A stretch of DNA of 64,000 nucleotides from Octopus vulgaris (GCA_951406725.2 OX597824.1:38316001-38380000), one strand, 5' to 3'. Shown: positions 41,879-55,602, counted from the first letter of the stretch. Notes: generated by a model not told the origin, from the letters alone. A program made the numbers and translations.

Positions 41879-41990
41879 GCATCCATATGTATGTCTGTAA
41901 ATGAAAATTTATTAGTGTGTACGTGTGTAGATTGATATTATGAATCTACGAATGTATGTATGTATATATATCTATACACTTCCATTTAAT

Positions 41991-42073
<83 letters not shown>

Positions 42074-42089
42074 GAAATGAAGTCAGAAG

Positions 42090-43085
42090 TGCGAAATATA
42101 CGAATAAATATGATATATGCTCATGCAGAGAAAAATCAAAATACTCATACTCAATGATGGACCTCTGAATGTGTACAAATCTTGTATATAAATGAGTGGG
42201 CTGTATGTTTACATTGAGCAGACAACTGATTCATTTAAGTATCGTTATCGAAACCATATCGTCAGCTTCGAGAGTATCAATAAGAGACTTTCAACGTCTT
42301 TGACCGATTTTGTGTGGCCACTGAAGGAAGATAAATTAAGCATAACTTAACTTGGCCCATAGTAAGGCACGTAGAACCATACAATATGATTTCCAGGAGA
42401 TACCAACTCTGCTCCAACGAACCGCAGTCTATTCGGTCGACCAATGAGAAAATCATTAATAGAATTTCTGAAAGACTCTCAAGGTGCCTACGTGCATGTA
42501 AATGAATTTTCGTATAATGCAGTGGGAATGAATTTGAGTAAATGCTAACATAATTTACATTAAGGTATGAATGAATTAAGCTTAGCTTTAACCTTCACGT
42601 TCTTATAAACACCAAGTAGCTGTTTAACTCGCTATCTGAACGTGTGTGCACGAAACCACACGTGTGCGTATGCTTACATTTTCGTTGATGTTTGTATGAG
42701 CAAGTGTACATGCGCCATGCACCTTGTGTGAAAGCGTATATACATCCATATCTGTTAAAGGTTATTTTTAATACTTTTCTTCCTGTATTGCGTGGTCGTT
42801 TCTTTTTTGTTATTTATTTTTGATCTTCTGTATAAATGAAGATATATCCTTTGTTTTTCTGCTTTTCTTTCTACGAAATAAGAAGATACATTAAGGAACG
42901 GTTAATTTAACGAGTTATATCTATTTATCACCCGATGAGAGACATCTGCACCGCCGGATGCTTCTGAACTAGTTGTTAAGTCTCCCACCCCTGAGGAATC
43001 GATGCTAGACGTGTCGAAATAATTGTCGTGATTAATAAAAATTCTCGTATCTTCCATTTTCCGTCTTTCATTTACCACACAAACG
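42090..43085 (+). mobile_element. Penelope-like element remnant (GIY-YIG + 3' pLTR), flanked by microsatellites
   Basis: Manual translation YIEQTTDSFKYRYRNHIVSFESINKRLSTSLTDFVWPLKE. CTGAGGA...GAAATAATTGTC followed by AATAAA near the end. Confidence 0.7.
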
Positions 43086-43144
<59 letters not shown>

Positions 43145-43202
43145 CATATATATTTATATATATACATGTATACATATATATATATATATACATATATGCA
43201 TG

Positions 43203-43274
<72 letters not shown>

Positions 43275-43799
43275 ATCAGCTCAGATAGAGCGTGTGTGAC
43301 AGACATATTTGCAACTGCAAGTGAATTGTAAATATTTCTAACTTCATTTATAAAATCATACAATAAATTGTTCTTTGTTCCTCTAATGTATATAACAACA
43401 AAACGATATCTAAATATGGAATATATTTTTCGAAATAAAAATAAATTAATATGAAAGTTGTATTCTCAATTTATTTATGTACCCAGTTCCATTTTCGTTT
43501 ATATTAAAACATACAAAGCAATCTCTGCAAAACAGAGATAAAATTAAATGTATTTGTATGTATGTGTGTGTGTGCATGTCTTTGTGTCTGTGTTTGTCCC
43601 CCACTGCCGCTCAACAAGCGGTAGTGGTGTGTTTGCGTTCCTGTTACCTAGCGGTTCGGCAAAAGTGTCCGTTAGAATAAGTAACAGACTTTAAAATAAG
43701 CCTTAGGGTCGATTTGTTCGACTAAAACCCTTCAAGGCGGCTCCCCATCATGGCCATAGTCCAAAAGAATTAAAATATATATATTTATATATCAGAAGT

Positions 43800-44990
43800 A
43801 ATTTTGAACTGAGAGTTTATTTTACTTTATCTCAACAAAAAGCAATGCAGTTAATGAAAGTATGCACCTAAATTATCAACGCAATTTCAACATTCTATCG
43901 GTATCTTACGCCGGCAGCGAAGAATTCTGGAGAGTAGGAGGTGATGAAATCAAGAAAGGCTCTTTTGGCATCTTCAGATTTGAAGTATTTTCCTTGCAAA
44001 AAGTGTTGTCTAATGCCTGGAAAATGTGATAGTCAGTTGCTGCAAGGTATGGTAAATATGGTAGATGACAGAGTATTCCCAAGTTAAGTTCCCGTAATTA
44101 GAGTAGCGTTCTTTGTGCAATATGTGGCCGAGCATTTTCTTGTAAGAGAATTGGCCTGTCTCTGCTGACCAATCTCCGCTGTTTGATTCCAACTTCACTT
44201 ATCATTTCATCCAGTTTGTTGATATATACATCCACTGTAATTTACTTATCATGTCTTATGAAGCTGTAATGGATGGCAGCAGTGCTGGCCCACCAAACAG
44301 ACACCGTTAGCTTTTTGGGGGCGAATATTTTTTTGGGGATTGTGTTTTGGCACTTGGTTTCTATCTAATCACCGTGCAGAACGCTTGTTATTGTTGAAAA
44401 GAATCCGTTTTTCATCAAACGTAACAAGACGATGCAAAAATGATTCGCTTTTATGCCGCGACAACAAAGAACAGCATGTTTCAAGACGACCTATCATTTT
44501 ATACTTATTCAGTTCATGTGGTCCAGCTTCTTTACCTTGCTGATTTGTTTCAAACAGTCCAATACAGTTGGAATCGAAACATCAAACCTTGCTGCTAATT
44601 CACGCGTAGTTTGTGATGTATACACTTCCTCTACAGTTTCCAGCTTATCCTTATCCACCTTGATCTCAGGTCTACCACGGGGCTGATTTTCAAAAGTAAA
44701 GTCACTACACCGGAACTTCTCAAACCATCGACTTACAGTGCGCTCATTTGCCACATCTTCTCCAAACACCTCATTGATGCTTCGTGCTGTCTGGGATATT
44801 GGTCCCACGGCGGAACTCATATTCATAAACAACACGAATTTTAAATTTGTCCATGGGGTCACAAAAATTGATTTACAAGAGAAAACTCACAATATAGTCA
44901 AACATAGTTAATTGCATTTCGAAAAGTGATGATGTAACTCTTCAATGTTATAAAACAAAGAGTTGTCAGGATAAAACATTCGAATTAACG
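43800..44990 (-). mobile_element. Degenerate mariner (DD34D) element
   Basis: HTH region (ERTVSRWFEKFR...RGRP; ORF 44509-44862). Further downstream on the minus strand: LLQENARPH and YLPYLAATDYHIF (YSPDLAPxD). Confidence 0.85.
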
Positions 44991-45208
44991 ACATGGGTCC
45001 AGTTTCCCGGTTTCTATGGCATATGTATTCCCCAGCTGGATGGGACGCCAGTCCATCGCAGCGTTACTCATTTTTGCCAGCTGAGTGGACTGGAGCAATG
45101 TGAAATGAAGTGTTTTGCTCAAGAACACAACGCGTCGCCCGGTCTAGGAATCAAAACCACAATCTTACGATCATGATGCTGACACCCTAACCACTAAGCC
45201 ACGCGTAT

Positions 45209-45287
<79 letters not shown>

Positions 45288-45344
45288 TATATATGTATGT
45301 ATATATAAGATAAGATAAGAGAAGAGAAGATAAGAAATGGAATA

Positions 45345-46850
45345 ACATGTAATAATTAGAAGTTGATCATTAGTATTACAGCTGTTTATCAGTTGATCAT
45401 TACAGCTGTTTCAGTTTGTTATTTCTGAGGTAAATTTGCGTTTAACAAGCATCAGAATGATTTGAACTTTACCAGAGGAATATTGACGGGAGATCAAAGG
45501 TTGACAGGGAAAAAAAGAAAAAAGAAAAGGAAAAAAAGAAAAAAGGAAAAAAAAAGAAAAGGTTCGTTAGATCTTTAGGTTTGCATTTTTGCGTCCTTAA
45601 AATATGGCACGTGTGTGTAGAGTTGCTTCAAGAAGATGAATGGAGCAGTGAGTGGAGAAAATGACCAGTTTACCGGCGGTGTTAGTCGAAAGAGCTATAC
45701 TTTGTAGTAATATCCAGTATCATTAAACGTAACAAATAAGTCTATTTGAATCCGCTAGCCAAGTCCCCATGATTACAAATAATGCCCTAGTTAAAAAATA
45801 ACGACGCTCTTAAAAGTTTAAGTGCGATATACGGTATAGATCTAGGTTACGTAAATAGGTATAATAAATAAATAAAGTGTTGTTATGTGTGGCGTGGGTT
45901 TACTACTCATATATAGAATTAAAACAAATCAACTCGGCTAGAATAAGATAAATCGCTCGTTTAATCGAATATATGCTAATAGCAGCACTAGCAATTAGTA
46001 TGTTAGTTAGTGATCTAACTTTAATGTGAATATATTAAAGAGAAGTATAGCTCCGGTTATACATCGTGCATCTAAGATAAATAATTTAGTCGAAATAAAT
46101 TCAATATAATTGTGGTTTATGATAATATGTCGTGTTATGTGGTAACAGGGAGGGTCAAAGAGAGGTCATCAGAGGTTAGACAAGTCAGCTAATAAACAGT
46201 AACGTAGCTGTATTTAGAGAATAAGAATTTATCCTTGTGTAAGCTGGCTACATGTTTCTCGTCTTGTTTATTAAACAAATTTTGATTTGTCCATTAAAAT
46301 GAAGAATTTCTCATTAATGCATAAATTGCAGCGCTTATTTTTAAGGTTGTATGAAGATGTCTTGGCTAGGATGGGCCATTCTAATCTATAATTAATGTTA
46401 TTGTCTTTAAGTTCCCAGGTATAACTGCTTAATTTGGTAGAGTGTGCCCTATTTCTATTCCTGAAGCTTGAGCGATGGGAATAATATCTAAGTTTCATTT
46501 CATTTTTAGTTGTTCCTATATAAGTATTCTTGTAATTATTGGAGAATACATCACATTGGTAGATTACATTCTTAGTTTTACATGTTTTCATGAATTCACA
46601 GGTACTTTAATCTCTGCAACCTCATCGATTAGTATGATTATCTGTGTCTAGAATACGGTGAGGGGGATTATCATTTATAAAGTAGTTGTCCGTATTTTTA
46701 GAGGAGGAGTTATTTGGGGGAATCACTTATATCAATCGATTTGTTGCTGAGGTTATTATTGGTATTCTTTCTAGTTTCGTAGAAGAAGTCTAGATTTTTA
46801 TTGTTAATGTTATTATAATGTTATTATATAATAGTAGCTAGGTTGCTAGT
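45345..46850 (-). mobile_element. Penelope-like element 3' part (GIY-YIG endonuclease + 3' UTR/pLTR with hammerhead-like motif)
   Basis: ORF 46271-46591 has VIY...YIGTT....K.RY..H.SSF...T.LS.Y.W.LK...C.LC..EK. Hammerhead-like motif at 45396-45461. Confidence 0.85.
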
Positions 46851-46869
46851 TAGGCTATGGCCTTTTCTA

Positions 46870-48560
46870 ATTTGAATAACGTTAAGACGTTTTTAATTTC
46901 GTCGAAATCTTTTGGCATTTGTCCGTTGACTCCGAGATTCACTTTTTATGAGTATGTCGTCAAGGTAAGCTACAGCGAAATCCGAACCTGCGAGCATAAT
47001 GTCCACAAATTGTTGGAAAATGCCAGTGCTACCTTTATCCTAAAGGGGAGTCGATTAAACTTATATAACCCTTTTTAGGTATTTATTGTCAAAAATTTTG
47101 AACATTCCTCATCGTCGTTTACCTGCAAATATGCTTCAGATAAGTCCAACTTTGAAAAAAAAATTAGCCCCTTCAACTTCGAGAAAATTTCTTCCGGACT
47201 TGGTAACGGGCAAGTATATGGCATTATAACGGTGAGTTACTACTTTCATGAAGCGGTGGTCTGAAGTATTTAATTGACAAGTAAACTGCCAAAACTTCTC
47301 TGCCGAAAACGCTGTATTCCGTTTCTGGTGCCTTGATTTTTTTTTTAAAAGAATGATAATGGTTACCAAGAACCAAAATCAAACTGTTGTAAAACTCATC
47401 GGAAACATCAACAACCATCGATAATTTTGGTTCAGGAACCGGATGGTTTAAGAATGTTGTTTCACACAGTTTTTCTTCTACGTTTTGAAAAGCCTTTAAT
47501 TCTTCATCTTTTAAAGTAATAGCTTAAATTTTTCTTTTTCCTATTCTTTAATCGTTCAGTTAAAGGAAATAGACTTTCTGTGCAATGAGGAATAAAACGT
47601 CTGTAGAAATTAATGATTCCTAAATATTCTCGAAGCTTTCGTAAAGAATTTGGAACTGAACATTTGTTATTAGCTTCAATTTTGTCTGGCAGTGGGCGAA
47701 TTCGATCTTTATCAATGAGATGACCTAAAAAAGATATAGTACGTTCACCGAAAACACACTTTGATGGATTTATCACTATACCATATTGAGTGAGTTTTTC
47801 GAAAATTTATTTTAAGTGATTTTCATGAACTTTTCCTGACGGACTAGCAATGAGAATACCGTCTATATAAGCAAATACAAAAGGTAAAATCTCTTGATTC
47901 TTCGTCGATGAATCCCTGGAAAGTATTTGCCACGTTCCTCAATTCGAAAGGCATACGAAGGTATTCATACAACCCAAATGGAGTCGTAATTGCTGTTTTT
48001 GGTATATCACACTTCAACAGGAATTTGATTGTATGCTCTAACTGGGCCTATCTTCAAAAATATATTACAACCACTCAACGAAGCTGCAAAGTCATGTATA
48101 TGTGGAATTGGATATTTGTCCTCTTGTGTTTTTGCCTTAAGCTGTCTAAAATCGCCACATGGACGCCAATCTGTGAGATTTTTTTTTACCAAAACTAAAG
48201 GTGCAGACCAGTTACTGCTAGAAGAATGAATTATTTCGAGGTCTAACATGTGATGAAATTCGGCCTTAGCAATCTTTAATTTCTCTGGAGATAATCTTCG
48301 AGGATTGGAAAAACTTGGTGGTCCATGGGCTATAATGTGATGAGTGACTGAATGAACACATTTGGTGTTTGGAGCTAATGGTTTTGTAATTTCAGATTAA
48401 TTCTTCAAAATCCAGTGATAACGAAATTCAGAGGACACCATAAAATATAACGGACAAATTGTCGCGTTCTTGCATCTTATACCTTGAATGTTCAATGAAG
48501 TAACTGTGTCTATTAATTTTTGTTTCTTTACATCCAGTAAATTGTAAACACTGTTTATCA
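46870..48560 (-). mobile_element. Gypsy/Ty3 pol remnant (RT-RNase H)
   Basis: SSSNWSAPLVLVKK..DWRPCGDFRQL, YPIPHI, NPSKCVFG....FLGH, YLGIINFYRRFIP, YSVFGREVLAVY. Multiple stops and frameshifts. Confidence 0.92.
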
Positions 48561-48569
48561 GGTCATCCC

Positions 48570-49255
48570 ATAAGTTCTGTCCGAATTTTGAATAAAGAAA
48601 ACAAGTAATCAAATGTTATATTTATTTGTAAGTTAATCACCAATGTACTTTCCCTGATTATCTATGACTTCCTTCTATCTATTTACAAGCTTTTAAATCC
48701 CACCAATGTAAAACTCTTTTGGTTTCAAAGCGAAGAACTCTGAAATGTCAGTTTCGACCTCCTCCGACATGGCTTGCGAAAGCTATGCCCCCCAAATGAT
48801 TCTGTTAACTACGAAACAAATGGTAGTCTGAAGGAGAAAGTTCGGGAGAATAAGGTGGATGAGGAATCTTTTCCCAACCAAGATCTTCGATCTTCTGTGA
48901 TGTGATCTTTGCAGTGTGGGGTCGCGCATTGTTCTGATGAAACATCACTCCTTTACGATTCACTAAAGCGGGTCGTTTTATCTTCAAAGCTTGGTTCAAA
49001 CGCTCTAATTACTGACAGTAGACTTGAGCATTGATTGTTGCATTAGGTGGTAACAATTCAAAGTGGATTACTCCTTCGCAATCCCACCAGATAGAAAGAA
49101 AAACCGTTTTTCCATGAAGTCCCCTTCTCGGTTGTGGTTGAGTTTTTCCCCTTTTACCAAGCCACTGTTTACGACGTTTACATTTCGATAGACGATCCAT
49201 TTTTCGTCACCAGTCACAAGTCTATCTAAAAAGGGTGAAAATGAGTCTCTGTGAA
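48570..49255 (-). mobile_element. mariner transposase 3' fragment
   Basis: SIWWDCEGVIHFELL, HQNNARPHTA, HPPYSPELSPSDYHLFRS. Confidence 0.88.
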
Positions 49256-50611
49256 ATGAGTCTCTGTGCTTGTCCCCCCCCCCCCCACCGCTTGATAACC
49301 GGTACTGGTGTGTTTACGTCACCGTAAGTTAACAGTTCCGCAGAAGGAAACCGATAGAATAAAAAACAAGTATGGGGGTCGATTCGTTCGATTAAAAAAT
49401 TCTCCAAGGCGTTACTCCAGCAAGGCCGCAGTCTAATGATTGAAGCAAGTAAACGATAAAAGATATACATTTATGCATTAATAATGCTTGGAAAGAGAAG
49501 ACGCATGGTCGGAAACTCTACAAGTATTTTTTAGATTTTTGGTTGCTTCAAAGAGTCTATTCTTGTATTTTTTTGTACCGTATTCTTATAAGCTAACTTC
49601 CAAACATTTGTGAAGTTAGCTTCATTCAACAACAGCTCTTCGGCAGAAGGAGAATTTTGATACAACTTTCCAACCGTCGTATCAAACCAGCACCAGTACC
49701 AGTACCACTGCCACAAACAGTGCAAAGCGAAACAACAACAAAACCAACATCAGCAACAGCAAAACAAATGTAACAACAAACACAAAACGAGAAAGGCGGC
49801 GAGCTGGCAGAAACGGTAGCACACCGGGCGAAATGTTTTGTGGTATTTTGTCCGCCGCTGCGTTCTGAGTTCAAATTCCACCGAGGTCGACTTTGCCTTT
49901 CATCTTTTCGGGGTCGATAAATTAAGTACCAGTTACGCACTGGGGTCGATGTAATCGACTTAATCCGTTTGTCTGTCCTTGTTTGTCCCCTCTATGTTTA
50001 GCCCCTTGTGGGTAGTAAAGAAATAAGAAACAACAAACATAAAAACGTGAACAAAAATTTTTAATTATCCTGTGAGCAGGGATATTTCGCAATCGAATTC
50101 CGATCACTATATCCGACGTAAAAAGCAAAGATCAGAACGAAAAGAAAACACAACTCAAGAATACGATCGTCATTTGCTAGAATATTATCAATCTCTTAAA
50201 AAAATCTGACCAATCAATTCTTTGTGTAGAACCGGATCTAACAACAATTTCATCTTTGGCACGCCTTCTTCTGAGCCAGACTACATTGACGGAAAACAGA
50301 AATTGCGCAATTAAATAAATCATTATATATTTGTATTTGCGTTTCCTAAAGAGAATAGGGGTGGGTAGGAAAAATTAGTAACTAGAGCAAAACTTCTCAT
50401 TTTTCCTTATTCTCTCCCTGCTTATTTGAAGTCACTACATGGCAAGTATTGCATCATCATTTGGTACAGTTGCATCATCCTTAGGAGTAAAAATGGCTCA
50501 GTATAGTTGGTTGTTGTTGTTGAAGTTGAGGGAATCTGAAACATTGACTGGTGGCGGGTTTTCTTTTTTCAAGAAATTTTTCCTCAGCTTTCACCCGATT
50601 GTAATTCAGGT

Positions 50612-51061
50612 GGATCTTTTCGGTTTGAACGGCAGTTTTTTCTAGCGGTGTCATATGAAATTGTCACCCATAATTATGACCCTAGAATCGATCTATTGCA
50701 TTTCAATCTGTTTTAGGGTTAGGGTTAGTTAGGGTTAGGGTTAGGTTAGGGTTAGGGTTAGGGGTGGGGGAAGGGTATCTTTTTTTCTTCACAAATGTAA
50801 ATAAACCCAATCTGTTTCTTAAACGAGGGACATATTCATACTACACAGAATGCTTTTTAACTCAATAGACGTCACTGATTGGTTGAAATTGCAGAAATTG
50901 AAGAAAAAACAACAACAAATATCTTACAAACCATAGAATTTTCTCAATAAAGCCAAGAGAAAAAGATGTTTTATAAACACATTCTACCAGTACACGAAGT
51001 TAAAAAAATTTTAGTTACCTAGAAATTATGTTAAAAACTGCCGTTCAAACCGAAAAGGTCC
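50612..51061. mobile_element. Same MITE, opposite orientation, internal (TTAGGG)n
   Basis: Same TIR. TSD ATTCAGGT on both sides. Confidence 0.9.
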
Positions 51062-51463
51062 ATTCAGGTTGCTAATAAAAAATATCTGGATAATTTTTGG
51101 TGTTTAACAATCAATTTCCTTTTTTCTGTTGGATTCCAAGTCAGCTTTTGCCCAAGCTAATGTCTTATTTGATAATATTCAAGTTTCAAAATTTATCTAA
51201 AATGGGGTAAAATCAATATTTGCTAGCTTCAATTTCTTCTCTTTAACTGCATGGTGTGTAAATACACCATGAAGAGGACACTCCAGCAGATCGTGAAGAA
51301 GCTATAGGGAATATTTTATGTTGAATGAGTGACTGTGTGGTAAGTAGCTTGCTTACCAACCATATGGATCCGGGTTCAGTCTCACTGCGGGGCACCTTGG
51401 GCAAGTGTCTTCTACTAAGCCTTGTGAGTGGATTTGGTAGACGGAAACTGGAAGAAGACCATC

Positions 51464-51552
<89 letters not shown>

Positions 51553-52012
51553 TGTGCGTGTGTGTGTGCGTGTTTGTGTCTGTGTTTGTCCCCCCAACAT
51601 CGCTTGACAACCGATACTGGTATGTTTACGTCCACGTAACTTATCGGTTTGGCAAAAGAGACCGATAGAATAAGTAATAGGCTTACAAAGAATAAGTACT
51701 GGGGTGGATTTGCTCCACTAAAGGCGGTACTCCAGCATGGCCACAGTCAAATGACTGAAACAAGTTAAAAGAAAAATAGTTATCGAGTTTTTTTGATTTC
51801 ATATCACATGCTATTTTTCCCTGATCCTCTTTTATTTGACACAGATATCTCAAATTTGTTTCGCATTTCTGATCTTTCTGATGTCTAGGGATGGATATTG
51901 ATGTGAATGAGTCTGTTTTCTGGAGAACTGAATCGGTATATATCTTATCTTGACTTACTCATGTTGCCCCAGTCAAATTTATCTTTTATATGTTCAAAGA
52001 GAACGGCAATAA

Positions 52013-54266
52013 CACTGGTCAACAGCCAATTTTCATCAGGGATATTATATGGTATTTTATATGTAGTTTTGTCCGCAGATTTCAAAAATGTAATCGGTTT
52101 CCTTCTACCAGGCACAGTTTTTCTGATGAGATAAGAGAGGTATATAACTCCCAACAGCAGTATCGCTACACGTAAACGTCTTATACAGGTAAATTCCGAC
52201 TTCTGTTTTATAACTATTTGTATTCATTTTGTAATTTTATATTTTCATAATATTTCTTTTCATAAATTTTACTTTCTGTTTAAGGTGTCAAGTCATCATC
52301 ATCATCAAATTCTACTCAGGATGTCAAGGCATTGCAAGAACAGTCCTGATATATTTTGTCATGTCTGTGGTTCATTTACCACCATAGCTCAGCAACATGC
52401 CATCACAAGTGAAATCAAGAAGATTTACCAGTTATACTTTGGCTGCTCTCTCAGGGATCAAGATAAGAGTTGGGCCCCGCACATCATCTGCTTAGCTTGT
52501 TCAAATGGACTAAGGGATTGTATAAATAAGAGGAAGAGAGCAATGCCGTTTGCAATACCTATGATATGGAGAGAGCCAAAGGATCATTTCATGGACTGCC
52601 ATTTCTTCAATGTTAATGTATGTGGGTTTGCTGTAAAGACCAAGCATAAGATTGTGTATCCCAACTTGGAATCATCAAAAAGACCAGTACCGCACAACGA
52701 TGATGATCTTCCTGTTCCAATACCACCAGAAAATGGCCTTCAGATGTCTGACGAAGATGTATTTCCTGAAGAAAATACTACTGCTGTGGAAGACACCGAA
52801 ATGGATGCAGATTTCATGATTGAAAATGAAGACGTACCACAGAAATTTTCTCAAGGAGAGTTAAATGATTTAGTTAGAGACTTGTCATTGTCGAAGGATA
52901 AAGCTGAACTATTAGCATCTCGCCTACACGAAAAGTTTATGCTTAAGAAAGATGTTCGTATTACTCATTTCAGGGAGAGAAATAAGGGTCTGACTTCATG
53001 CTTCTCTATTGATGGACCACTTTGTTTCAGTAATAACACTGATGAGTTATTTCGCTCTTTGTTCCAAGAGCATGTTCCAGCTGAATGGCGCTTATTCATT
53101 GAGTCATCTAAGAGAAGCCTCAAGGCAGTACTACTACACAATAGCAATAAGAAACCATCCATTTCTATAGGAAAATTCAGTGCACATGAAAGAGTGTTAT
53201 GAAAGCATGCAAGTACTCCTCAATGCCATAAAGTATACAAACTATAGCTGGAAAATATGTGGAGACTTGAAGATGATTGGAATGTTAATGGGAATGAAAT
53301 CTGGGTTCACAAAATATTGTTGTTTTTTATGCCTGTGGGACAGTCGTGCAACTAACAAGCACTATGTGCAATCAGAGTGGCCTTTGCGAAAATCATATGA
53401 GCCGGGAGTTTTTAGCGTCGTTCAGAGTAAGCCACTTTTAAACCCAGAAAATGTACTTCTTCCACCTCATCACATAAAGCTTGACCTCATGAAACAATTT
53501 GTGAAGACACTTGCCAGGAAAAGCTCAAAAAGTTTTGAATATGTGAAGGCCAAATTTCTAAAAATCCACCGAGGCAAAACTGAAGGAGGACGTATTCATA
53601 GGTCCGCAGATTATAGAACTTTTGAAGTACAACCACTTCCTCACAGTACTGGATGAGATTGAGCTTAAAAACTGGGAATCCTTCTAATGGCTCTGTGAAA
53701 ATTTCCTAGGCAACAAGAGATCTCTAGCATTTAGAAATGGAGTGAAATGTCTTCTAGACTCCTATGCTGCAATGTTGGATGTCACTAAAAGTCCATTTCC
53801 TTGATTCACATCTGAACCTTGGAGCAGTGTCTGATGAGCAAGGGGTACGCTTTCATCAAGATATTGCATCAATGGAACAATAATATCGAGAATTTTGGAA
53901 TGCAGGACTGTTAGCTGACTACTGTTGGATGTTATACAGGGACGAACCTGAGACAAAACACCATAGAAAATCCAAATCCCAAAGATTTTAAGTTGTTCTG
54001 CATTTGAGTGTATTCTAACTTATTTGTACACAATTTTAATTTTGTACAATAAAAAGCCATGAAATTATCGTATCTTGTATTCAATATGTTTTATATAGAC
54101 ATGCTTTATGTATCATATAAGTTAAAACAGCAGGTATCATTAACATAAAAATGTGACTTGATAGAGGAAATCTGACTTCAGATTCAAATTCAGCATCAAA
54201 AATTAACCCAGAAAAGTCAATCGGCAACTCTGATGATTAAAAGAAGTTTCATTTTGTTGACCAGTG
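52013..54266 (+). mobile_element. Chapaev3-like (CMC/Transib-related) DNA transposon, full length, inactivated
   Basis: 12-bp TIR CACTGGTCAACA/TGTTGACCAGTG and TAA TSD (52010-12, 54267-69). Transposase has an N-terminal C-x2-C-G...DQDKSWAPH..C..C...W...H..DC zinc-finger, plus WRLFIESS, GDLK, CCFLC.WDSR, PPHHIKL and degenerate KVHFL..H / GAVSDEQG.RFHQDI motifs. Confidence 0.85.
52321..53990 (+). pseudogene. Chapaev-type transposase, frameshifted (ORFs 52285-53202 and 53180-53656 plus a degenerate C-terminus)
   Basis: ATG at 52321, frameshifts near 53170 and 53570, several stops after 53650. The first catalytic Asp appears as Glu (FIESS). Confidence 0.8.
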
Positions 54267-54653
54267 TAATTTTTCTGAAATAGTAATCAGATTGTGTTAT
54301 AATGGTTTTAATGCATTTAGGGAAGAACGTTTGTTTAGCTTGTATAGTTTTTGTAAGGTGGTTAATATTTGTAGAAAATGTATTTTGTCTCCAAAACAAA
54401 CAAACAAGAAAAAAAAATGCAGTAAAATTACCCCATCTTGCCCCTCTCCTTACCCCATGTAAAATTAAATGTGACTAAATGTCATTTGCTATGATCAGAA
54501 TGAGAGTCGGATATATGCTCATTCTGACCTGTAAATAGGCGGATGTTAAAGTAGCAGTCTCTCGAGGCTTTATTCTCTCTACCAATTGGAGGAAAGATAA
54601 AAAAAAGGTATATTTCTTCGTAAAATATATGTTTGCGAATACCCATATCTCTT

Positions 54654-54706
<53 letters not shown>

Positions 54707-54710
<4 letters not shown>

Positions 54711-54939
54711 GAAATGAAGAAAATGCTGACAAATAATTGAAGTAATTTAAGTAATTTAATTAGGTGAAAGTTCTTTTTACCGGTTGCGCATTTGTTATGC
54801 TTATCAAAATATGTTATGTTATGCTTATCAAACATATTTTGATAAGCATAACAAATGCGCAACCGGTAAAAAGAACTTTCACCTAATTAAATTACTTAAA
54901 TTACTTCAATTATTTGTCAGCATTTTCTTCATTTCCTTT
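54707..54939. repeat. Perfect 109-bp inverted repeat, 15-bp spacer
   Basis: 54707-54815 is the reverse complement of 54831-54939. Confidence 0.93.
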
Positions 54940-54977
54940 TTTATATATCACCACTCGTGTTCGACATCTTCTTTTTT

Positions 54978-55045
<68 letters not shown>

Positions 55046-55048
<3 letters not shown>

Positions 55049-55422
55049 TATATAAACGGCAGTTTGTCTGTGCGTGTTTCTGTGTGTCTGTTTGCTTGTA
55101 CCCTCACCCTGACCACGGCTTTCAACCGATTCTGATGAAACTTGACACACACATAGCCCAATGTCATAATTCAAAACTAACGCAGCGAAAATTTTGAAAA
55201 GTTCCCCCAGTTCTGAAAAAAATCGATAAATTCGACATGGGGTCGAGAATCAGAAACCCAAACCGCAAACTGTCTAGGGGACGCAACTCCACCTTTTTTA
55301 ACTAAAAAAAAATTTACCATCATTTTTTTCCATTTTTTTGCTATTTTTTGGCTATAACTCTCTAAAAATGCTTTATAGTTATTTCCCTTACAAACCTGAG
55401 CAACGCCGGGCGATACTGCTAG
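55046..55422 (+). mobile_element. Non-autonomous Helitron in the TIMP-paralogue promoter
   Basis: Same 3' end as 9671-10068 (CAACGCCGGGCGATACTGCTAG). Confidence 0.78.
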
Positions 55423-55541
55423 TATATATATATATTAGAACTTCGTCTCATCTCATCAGAAAGGAAACATGTTCCGATGAACGAGGTCGATACCTGCAGT
55501 TTACAGATATAAGTTTCACATCTATTTTTTGCCCGACTCTC

Positions 55542-55602
<61 letters not shown>

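Noticed and set aside
50714-50770. True telomere or chromosome-fusion scar
   Set aside because: The repeats are internal to a MITE with TIRs and a TSD.
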